A DNA stretch of 64,000 bases from Bacteroidales bacterium. Its GTDB lineage: Bacteria > Bacteroidota > Bacteroidia > Bacteroidales > Lentimicrobiaceae. The notes under the pieces were generated by a model. That model was not told where the DNA came from. It ran no database searches and saw only the letters and a list, made by a program, of their open reading frames with translations. The position numbers were made by a program, and so were the translations under genes. Positions within the stretch are counted from its first letter, which is position 1; every line of letters starts with the position of its first letter. Shown one piece after another: positions 57,178 to 64,000 of the stretch. The stretch is from NCBI GenBank assembly GCA_016788045.1, contig JAEUTG010000005.1:4309-68308 (forward strand), given 5' to 3'.

Positions 57178-58695
57178 TCAGTTCTTAAGGGCTGAGAGTC
57201 CTGCCCTGGCTTTCTGATGGATGCTGTTCCTGTATTCGTCAAATTCAAGGTCGAGGCATAGCTTGTAATAAGCGGTGGCTGTTTTGTTGTCATGCTTCAT
57301 TCTGTAAAGATTGCCAAGCTGAAGCGCAGAATTGGCAGCAAAATAGCAGGGCAGGGTTTTGCCCCGGTCAATGGTTTTCCTGTAAAAGTTAATGGCTTCT
57401 TCTGTATTCCCTGACCTGTGGTGTATACGGGCCAGGCGGTAGGTGTATTCTGTTTTTTCGCAGGGTGTTTCAAGCATGGTCAATCCCGTGGTTTTCATTT
57501 CGTCAAGTGCCTTGCTGTAGTATCCCCCGTCGCTCAGCAGTCTTGCTTTCAGCAGGATGACAGAAGGAAGGGTTTGCTTTTTCGCTTCAAGCTGAGCCTG
57601 CTTGTCGCTGTCAATGTCAGAATAACCTCTCAGGGCAGCGCTTTTCAGATAACTTTGATAGCCTGCCGGGTTACCGTTGATCAGTTCTATCCAGGCGAGG
57701 TGCTGATAAGCAGATTTGATGAAATTCCTGCCCCTGAAACTGACCACAAATCTGAGGAAATGAAGCCTGGCGCCGGGGTCAAGCTTGTTGAGTCTGGCAA
57801 CACCCGTCAGGTATTCAAGATAGTGGAAAGGGAAGTACCTGCTGCCCTCCGGCCGGTGGGAGAGCAGTTGGAGTGCCTTATCGTTGTTGCCCTGCTGCAT
57901 ATAAAAGGCAGCGCTGGCATAGATCAGCAGCGGGCTCTGGAGTATCATTTCCTGTGTCTGTGAGCTTTCCAGCAGCCTGACCATGCCGGCTGATTCATCC
58001 GGAAAGGGCGAAAAATTAGAAGTAACAAAACTCATCAGAAAGATAACTTCTGCATGAAGAAACGGATACTTTTCGCCCACCTCCTTGTCGTTCAGCAGTT
58101 TCTTCAGGGTGGTAAGGCCCTGGCTGTAAGTTCCGTGTAACGACAGTGCCTGTGCTATCCAGCTGTATCTGTCAGGGATTGACCCGATTAGTATATGCAT
58201 GAGGCCCAGCAGCGCCTGATTGGGGCTGAACTCAGGGAACAGCTCCTGATTCTGGATGAGCAGCCGGTAAGCACGGTTAAGTTCGGCAGCGGCCGTGGTA
58301 TATTCCCCGAATTTCAATCTGGCGAAAGCCCATTGAAGATTGACCTGTGCCTGAACATACAAGTGCCAGGGTGAATTTTTATCCCCGCCGGAAAGAACAG
58401 CAAGCCTGGTTTTTTTGTTGGCTGACAATTCTTCGAACAGGGATTCCTCTTCCGTGATAATCAGCCTGAGAAAATCCTGATAGTTCTCCAGGTAAATGCG
58501 CAGGTTGTTCCGGGGATTGGAGTTTTTCTCCTGCTCCAGCAACTGGTCAGCCTCTTCAAACCGCAACCTCAGCACCAGGTCGTAAGCCTGCAGGCATGAC
58601 CCGTTCATGTTATATCCGGAAGCAATGCTGCTGAAGGAGCTTGAACTGAGCAGAAGAAACAGAAGAATCGTTGACAGAAAGCCGGCTTTCATCAT
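57178..58695 (-). CDS. TPR-repeat protein with a signal peptide
   Basis: Repeated A/Y/L-rich helical pairs throughout and a hydrophobic N-terminus. Confidence 0.7.
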   Translation of the reverse strand: MMKAGFLSTILLFLLLSSSSFSSIASGYNMNGSCLQAYDLVLRLRFEEADQLLEQEKNSNPRNNLRIYLENYQDFLRLIITEEESLFEELSANKKTRLAVLSGGDKNSPWHLYVQAQVNLQWAFARLKFGEYTTAAAELNRAYRLLIQNQELFPEFSPNQALLGLMHILIGSIPDRYSWIAQALSLHGTYSQGLTTLKKLLNDKEVGEKYPFLHAEVIFLMSFVTSNFSPFPDESAGMVRLLESSQTQEMILQSPLLIYASAAFYMQQGNNDKALQLLSHRPEGSRYFPFHYLEYLTGVARLNKLDPGARLHFLRFVVSFRGRNFIKSAYQHLAWIELINGNPAGYQSYLKSAALRGYSDIDSDKQAQLEAKKQTLPSVILLKARLLSDGGYYSKALDEMKTTGLTMLETPCEKTEYTYRLARIHHRSGNTEEAINFYRKTIDRGKTLPCYFAANSALQLGNLYRMKHDNKTATAYYKLCLDLEFDEYRNSIHQKARAGLSALKN

Positions 58696-58760
58696 GCTAA
58701 GGTCATAAAAAAAGGAGAAGTTTTCACTTCTCCCTGATTAAAACGTTTCATTGTTTGTGA

Positions 58761-59609
58761 TTAAACCAATCCGTGTTCAACAAGGATGCGGCCGCAGTAT
58801 TCACAGACAATGATTTTCTTGTGCATGCGGATGTCGAGCTGACGCTGGGGTGGAATGGCGCTGAAGCAACCACCGCAGGCATCACGTTCAACGCTCACGA
58901 CTGCCAGTCCGTTACGTGCATTCTTGCGGATGCGTTTGTATGCAGTCAGAAGTCTTTCCTCAATATAGCGCTGGTATTCTTCAGATTTGGCCTGTAATGC
59001 CTGCTCTTCCTTCTCGGTTTCACTCACAATGTCGGAGAGTTCACTCTTTTTGATTTCCAGTTCGTTGCGGAGCTCGTCAAGAGATTTCTGTGCTGTGCTG
59101 ATCTCGTCGTTTTTGAGGTTCAGGCTGTTGGTGAATTCTTTGATCCTTTTCTCAGCCAGGGCAATCTCGAGATTCTGAAACTCAATTTCCTTTGAAAGGG
59201 AATCGTACTCGCGGTTGTTGCGCACATTCATCTGCTGCTCTTCGTAGCGTTTGATCTGCGACTGGCTCTCCTTGATCTGGAGATCTTTCTCCCTGATCTG
59301 TCCCTTCAGGTTTTCAATATCCTGAATGTAGTTGTCAATGCGGGTTTCCAGACCGACAATCTCATCTTCAAGGTCTTCTACTTCGAGTGGAAGTTCACCC
59401 CTGATAATTCTGATTTTATCGATCTGAGAATCTATCTGCTGAAGGTTGTACAAAGCAATCAATTTTTTCTCAATCGAAATCTCTGTTTCTTCACCATCAG
59501 TGTGTGAGAGCGTTACATGCGCAGAAATTACACTTTGTTCTTCTGATTCTTTAACCGGGGTGTTGTCAACCTCAGCAGCGCTTTTTGCTTTCGATGGTGC
59601 TTTTGCCAT
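58761..59609 (-). CDS. Coiled-coil protein with a C-terminal C4 zinc ribbon (COG1579-like)
   Basis: Long heptad region followed by CGGCF....VCEYCGRIL. Confidence 0.8.
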   Translation of the reverse strand: MAKAPSKAKSAAEVDNTPVKESEEQSVISAHVTLSHTDGEETEISIEKKLIALYNLQQIDSQIDKIRIIRGELPLEVEDLEDEIVGLETRIDNYIQDIENLKGQIREKDLQIKESQSQIKRYEEQQMNVRNNREYDSLSKEIEFQNLEIALAEKRIKEFTNSLNLKNDEISTAQKSLDELRNELEIKKSELSDIVSETEKEEQALQAKSEEYQRYIEERLLTAYKRIRKNARNGLAVVSVERDACGGCFSAIPPQRQLDIRMHKKIIVCEYCGRILVEHGLV

Positions 59610-59634
59610 ATGAGTTTTGATTTAAATAATTAAT

Positions 59635-60729
59635 TTACAGATAGTTAACCGGATTGGTACTTATCGTGGAAATTTGGAGTGCAAAGGTAGGAAATTTTTC
59701 TTTAACAATCTGATACAATAATTCTTTCGTAAATTGTTCAGTTTCATAATGACCAGCTTCTACCAGCAGAATCTTACCCTCTGCGATAAAATAGTCGTGG
59801 TATTTCAGCTCCCCGGTAACAAAAACATGGGCACCAGCCCTCATGGCATCGCGGATCAGAAAATTTCCAGAACCACCGCAGACTGCTACTTTACTTACAG
59901 GTTTACCGGTAAAAGGGGAGCAACGTACGGCAGGGGTGCCTAGTGTTTCTTTGATCAGCTGAATAAACTGCTGTTCGGTTGTTTTCACGGGCAGGGTACC
60001 CATCATTCCTGCACCGGTAAGTCCGTTTTCGTTGTTCAGCGCATAGGAGTCCCAGGCAATTTCTTCATACGGATGCACCGATCGCACCGCTGCCATCACC
60101 CCCGGCTCTTTCCAGGCAGGGACGATGGTTTCAATCCTGATTTCGTTTTCCGCATGTATTTTTCCCTGTTCTCCGACAAAAGGATTGCTTCCGGGGCCTG
60201 CCCTGAAGGTTCCTGTGCCGCTGATGTTGAAACTGCATGAATCATAATTTCCTATGTGCCCGGCTCCGGCATCAAACATGGCCTGTTGTACCGCACCGGC
60301 ATGACTCACCGGGGTAAAAACCACCAGTTTTCTGAGGTTCCCCTTGATCGGGCTGAGTATTCCGGGATTCTGAAGGCCCAGCCTGCTGCAGAGGATCGCA
60401 TTGACCCCGGCGGATGAATTATCGAGGTTGGTGTGTGCCGCGTAAAGGCCAATGCTGTGGCGGATGGCTTTGATGATGCATCGTTCCGTTTCATCGCTGC
60501 CGTTGATTTTTTTCAGTGGTTTAAAAATGATGGGATGGTGTGCAATGATCAGGTTGCAGTTCAGCCGGATGGCTTCATCTACCACCGCTTCTGTTACATC
60601 AAGGGTGATGAGGGCTCCGTTGATTTCATCTTCAGGATGGCCGGCCAGCAATCCTGAGTTGTCGTAGGTTTCCTGCAAGGCCAGAGGGGCAATTTCTTCA
60701 ATACACCGGGTGATTTCTTTCAACCGCAT
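59635..60729 (-). CDS. Nif3-like dinuclear metal-centre protein
   Basis: MRLKEITRCIEEIAPL..YDNSGL, IIAHHP, and a C-terminal GHYETE motif. The start is taken at the internal ATG (60729) rather than at 60840. Confidence 0.85.
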   Translation of the reverse strand: MRLKEITRCIEEIAPLALQETYDNSGLLAGHPEDEINGALITLDVTEAVVDEAIRLNCNLIIAHHPIIFKPLKKINGSDETERCIIKAIRHSIGLYAAHTNLDNSSAGVNAILCSRLGLQNPGILSPIKGNLRKLVVFTPVSHAGAVQQAMFDAGAGHIGNYDSCSFNISGTGTFRAGPGSNPFVGEQGKIHAENEIRIETIVPAWKEPGVMAAVRSVHPYEEIAWDSYALNNENGLTGAGMMGTLPVKTTEQQFIQLIKETLGTPAVRCSPFTGKPVSKVAVCGGSGNFLIRDAMRAGAHVFVTGELKYHDYFIAEGKILLVEAGHYETEQFTKELLYQIVKEKFPTFALQISTISTNPVNYL

Positions 60730-61195
60730 GGCATCATTTTTTAATTTTTCAAAGCTAATTGAAAAATCCGAAGATCGGGCAATCAGGCTATGGAATGTTT
60801 TGCAGGCATCCGGAGGCCGGTTGAACAGCACCCGCTGCATGGCACCTTTTTGATTGTATTTATGTAATTAAACCGGACCAGGGAATTCAGAATCTTATGC
60901 TTATCCACTTAGCTGTTGAATGACTGTAAATATTGATTTATCAGAATAAAGAATACCCAAAATCTGGTATGACCTATTGGACGAAACCTGATTAAGCTTA
61001 AACCTTCAGGAGTTGGGTGTGTAAGAATTTTTTACCGGAAAACTGTTTGATTTGCCAAAGTGTTGACAATTAGCTGGTAAAACATCTCTTTTTTATCCTA
61101 TCATCTGAAAAATTATTTGATTTCATTGTAAGGAATTCACATAATTTTAATATGTGACTGCTTGTGCCGGAATTTATATTTAATACTTTTAAGGC

Positions 61196-62251
61196 ATGGA
61201 ATTTCTGAGGCTTTTGTTGTTTCCGTTGTCGCTCGTGTACGGCCTGATAACCGGCGTCAGAAATCTTCTTTTCGATCTTAAGCTGCTGTCTTCTAAGAAG
61301 TTTGATTTTCCGGTGATTTCAGTTGGTAATCTTTCGGCAGGAGGAACCGGAAAGACACCACATGTGGAATATCTGGTTCGACTGCTTTCGCCTCCGTATA
61401 AAGTAAGCACCCTGAGCCGTGGGTACGGAAGGAAAACAAAAGGATTTATTCAGGCTGGTGAGCGTGACAATGCATCTACCATAGGGGATGAACCAATACA
61501 GTATTACAGAAAATTCAGAGATACGGGTGTTTTTGTTGATGAAAAGCGTCGCAGAGGAGTCGGGGGGATTCTTAAAAGTAAACCGGATACTCAGGTGGTT
61601 ATACTTGATGATGCTTTTCAGCACCGCTATGTAAAACCGGGTTTGTCGCTGCTGCTTACCGATTACCATCATCTTTACTGCAATGATTATCCGCTGCCCA
61701 GTGGCAGATTGCGCGAATTCCGCTCCGGAGCCCGAAGGGCAGACATCATCATCGTTACCAAAAGCCCAAAGGTGCTGTCGCCTATCGAAAGGCGCAAGAT
61801 CATCCTCGACCTGAAGCCGCAGAACCATCAAAGGGTTTATTTCTCCTTCATCCGTTACGGACAGATACAGCCCTTGTGGACCCAGCCATCCACCCAGAAA
61901 CCCTGTGAGAGATACAATTTTATTCTGCTGTTTGCAGGAATTGCCAACGTTTATCCACTTCAGGATCAGCTGAAAAGAATGTGCAATGAACTGCTCGTAA
62001 TCCAGTTTCCTGATCATCACCAATACACAGCCCGGGATCTTGATAAGATCAAAAGAAATTTTGACGATATTTACAGCCGCAATAAACTTTTGGTCACCAC
62101 TGAAAAAGATGCCATGAGGTTGCTCAATCCGGCAATCATGGAGCAAGCGACCCGGATGCCGGTACACTACCTGCCCATTGAGGTTGAATTTCATGGTCGG
62201 GACAAGGAATCATTTAATGATCAGATATTGAATTATGTTGGAAAAGATTAA
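61196..62251 (+). CDS. lpxK: Tetraacyldisaccharide 4'-kinase
   Basis: VISVGNLSAGGTGKTP P-loop and LDDAFQH motif. Confidence 0.9.
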   Translation: MEFLRLLLFPLSLVYGLITGVRNLLFDLKLLSSKKFDFPVISVGNLSAGGTGKTPHVEYLVRLLSPPYKVSTLSRGYGRKTKGFIQAGERDNASTIGDEPIQYYRKFRDTGVFVDEKRRRGVGGILKSKPDTQVVILDDAFQHRYVKPGLSLLLTDYHHLYCNDYPLPSGRLREFRSGARRADIIIVTKSPKVLSPIERRKIILDLKPQNHQRVYFSFIRYGQIQPLWTQPSTQKPCERYNFILLFAGIANVYPLQDQLKRMCNELLVIQFPDHHQYTARDLDKIKRNFDDIYSRNKLLVTTEKDAMRLLNPAIMEQATRMPVHYLPIEVEFHGRDKESFNDQILNYVGKD

Positions 62252-63053
62252 CGAAAGTGTTGCATTTATAAAACAGCACATACAAAGACTACCTGAGGCA
62301 GGCATTATTCTGGGAACCGGTTTGGGCGGGCTAACCCGCGAAATCACCATTGAGACAGCCCTGCCTTACGGAGAGATTCCCAACTTTCCGGTTTCAACGG
62401 TAGAAGGGCACAAAGGACAGCTGATTTTCGGCACCCTTGGCGGAAAACAGATAGTGGCCATGCAGGGCCGTTTCCACTTCTATGAAGGATGGTCAATGCA
62501 GCAGATCGTCTTCCCCATCAGGGTCATGCAGGCCCTCGGCATCAAAGTGCTTTTTGTTTCCAATGCCAGCGGGGGGTTAAACCCCGGTTTTGATGTCGGA
62601 GATATCATGTTTATTACTGACCACATCAACCTCATGGGCACCAACCCACTGATAGGGCCCAACGATGACAAGATCGGACCCCGTTTCCCCGATATGAGCG
62701 AAGCCTACGACCGGAGCATACTCGATAAGGCCTGTGCACTCGCCAGCCGCGAAGGCATACCCTTCCGTACGGGGGTTTATGCCGCTGTTACCGGACCTAC
62801 CTTTGAAACACCCGCCGAATACCGGTACATTCATACCATTGGTGCCGATGCAGTAGGCATGTCAACCGTGCCCGAAGTAATTGCCGCAAGACACATGAAT
62901 GTGCCTGTGTTTGCCGTTTCGGTAATCTCCGACCTTGGCGTACCCGGAAAAATCGTGGAGGTTTCACACAAAATTGTGATTGACGCCGCCAGCAAAGCCG
63001 AACCGCTGATGACCCGCATCATTACCGGGCTGCTTTCGGGGCTCACCTTCTGA
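62235..63053 (+). CDS. Purine nucleoside phosphorylase (PunA/PNP-I type)
   Basis: GIILGTGLGG, GRFHFYEGW, VGMSTVPE. It overlaps the lpxK 3' end by 17 nt. Confidence 0.9.
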   Translation: MLEKINESVAFIKQHIQRLPEAGIILGTGLGGLTREITIETALPYGEIPNFPVSTVEGHKGQLIFGTLGGKQIVAMQGRFHFYEGWSMQQIVFPIRVMQALGIKVLFVSNASGGLNPGFDVGDIMFITDHINLMGTNPLIGPNDDKIGPRFPDMSEAYDRSILDKACALASREGIPFRTGVYAAVTGPTFETPAEYRYIHTIGADAVGMSTVPEVIAARHMNVPVFAVSVISDLGVPGKIVEVSHKIVIDAASKAEPLMTRIITGLLSGLTF

Positions 63054-63109
63054 TGCCGATGAGCGGTACATCCGCCCGAAGCTTACTCATTTCTATACGT
63101 TCATTCAGC

Positions 63110-64000
63110 ATGAATCGTTATCAGTCGGGATTTTTTCACTGGTTTCTGGCTTTCCTGATCCTATCTGTGACTGCCTGCCAACGCCCTGATCCCTTGAAGC
63201 AGGCTGTGATTTCAGGTGATCTTGATGAAACGGCAGGGCTTACACTGAGGATTACCAGAATTGACACAGCAGGATTTACCCTTGTCGATTCCCTCAGGAC
63301 GGATAACAAGGGTACATTTATCTTTACATTTGAACCAGATCAGCCGGGATTCTACCTTTTGCAGTCTGGTACAAAAACCCTTTCATCACTCGTGATATTC
63401 CCCGGTGACTCGGTTTTTATTTCGGTTAAGGAGGGTGTGGCCAGTCTCAGGGGCGGTAAAGAGGCCGGGCTCTATGATCAGTTCCGACAGGAGTTGCTCA
63501 GGGCTGAAGCCGTAGCCGATTCACTCGGTATGATGCTGAGCCTCGCCCGGGACCTTGAAAACTACCGGGAAGTGAGGCAAAACACCGACAGTACCTGGGC
63601 AAAAACCCTTCATGATGTGAGGGAAACAGCCATGTCATATCTTGAAAGCCATCCTGATTTCCTTTCGCAGCTGCAGGTGATCAACAGCAAGGTTCAGCGG
63701 ACCTTCATTTTCGATCAGGTGGCCGACAGCAGCTGGTTGTACAGGGTTAGTGATAATCTGCGCTTAACCTTTCCAGGGAATATACATGCTCAGGCTTTTG
63801 CAAACCGGGTAAAAGGCATCAGGGAAACCAACAGGGCGGAGATGCGGGCCATGGGAATGATGAAAAAAGGCAGCAAGGCTCCTGACATTGCCCTGCCTGA
63901 TCTCAGCGGGAAATCAAAAAATCTGCATGGGTTGAAAAGCCGTTACCGGCTGGTATATTTCTGGGCGCCGGACGATGCCCTCAGCCGTAAAACCAATCCC
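63110..64000 (+). CDS. DUF4369-like plus TlpA/AhpC-like thioredoxin-fold lipoprotein (3' end lies outside the window)
   Basis: The frame is open from ATG 63110 to the window end (an in-frame ATG at 63053 is also possible). It has an LSVTAC lipobox and the tail KGSKAPDIALPDLSGKSKNLHGLKSRYRLVYFWA. This ORF is not in the supplied ORF track because it has no stop codon in the window. Confidence 0.7.
   Translation, partial: MNRYQSGFFHWFLAFLILSVTACQRPDPLKQAVISGDLDETAGLTLRITRIDTAGFTLVDSLRTDNKGTFIFTFEPDQPGFYLLQSGTKTLSSLVIFPGDSVFISVKEGVASLRGGKEAGLYDQFRQELLRAEAVADSLGMMLSLARDLENYREVRQNTDSTWAKTLHDVRETAMSYLESHPDFLSQLQVINSKVQRTFIFDQVADSSWLYRVSDNLRLTFPGNIHAQAFANRVKGIRETNRAEMRAMGMMKKGSKAPDIALPDLSGKSKNLHGLKSRYRLVYFWAPDDALSRKTNP

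Noticed and set aside
61319-62194. 291-aa minus-strand ORF
   Set aside because: It is antisense to lpxK, which has the diagnostic P-loop and LDDAFQH motifs. The antisense translation has none.
1-64000. Integron integrase, transposase, IS element, prophage genes, tRNA/rRNA genes
   Set aside because: No ORF with tyrosine-recombinase or transposase motifs was seen, and no rRNA-like sequence. tRNA genes were not searched systematically by eye and cannot be excluded. Without an integrase, the cassette array cannot be called a complete integron from this window.

Overview
This is a 64-kb chromosomal segment of a Bacteroidota-type genome. That assignment rests on T9SS type A and type B C-terminal sorting domains, BACON/PKD surface proteins, TAnnTTTG -7 boxes, and a GC-rich core by eye (no GC values were computed). 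About 75% of the window is ordinary core genome: psuG/psuK, glyA, guaB, a SurA/parvulin chaperone cluster, moxR, a MacA/MacB-permease/TolC-like efflux operon, zupT, alkB, a peroxiredoxin, GH35 and GH29 glycosidases, mazG, proS, a Nif3-like gene, lpxK, a purine nucleoside phosphorylase, and several T9SS cargo proteins. The unusual part is two strongly AT-rich blocks whose genes all lie on the + strand (1 to ~10.7 kb and ~15.3 to 18.15 kb), separated by a GC-rich 4.6-kb wedge. They encode defence-type proteins. These are a methyltransferase-specificity fusion with a translationally coupled small PD-(D/E)xK protein, an AIPR protein with a cold-shock-like tail, a 1209-aa YobI/KAP-like P-loop NTPase, and a 436-aa orphan. 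The second block adds a PD-(D/E)xK protein, a frameshifted metallophosphoesterase and a HEPN remnant. The ORFs are separated by GC-richer imperfect-palindrome spacers that behave like integron attC sites. For two ORFs, the sequence just upstream is the exact reverse complement of the sequence just downstream, as expected for gene cassettes. One spacer is interrupted by an ORF-less group II intron, and removing the intron restores a GTTAGGC core site. No integrase, transposase, tRNA, rRNA or CRISPR array was recognised in the window. All calls come from reading the sequence and ORF translations by eye; no database search was run.
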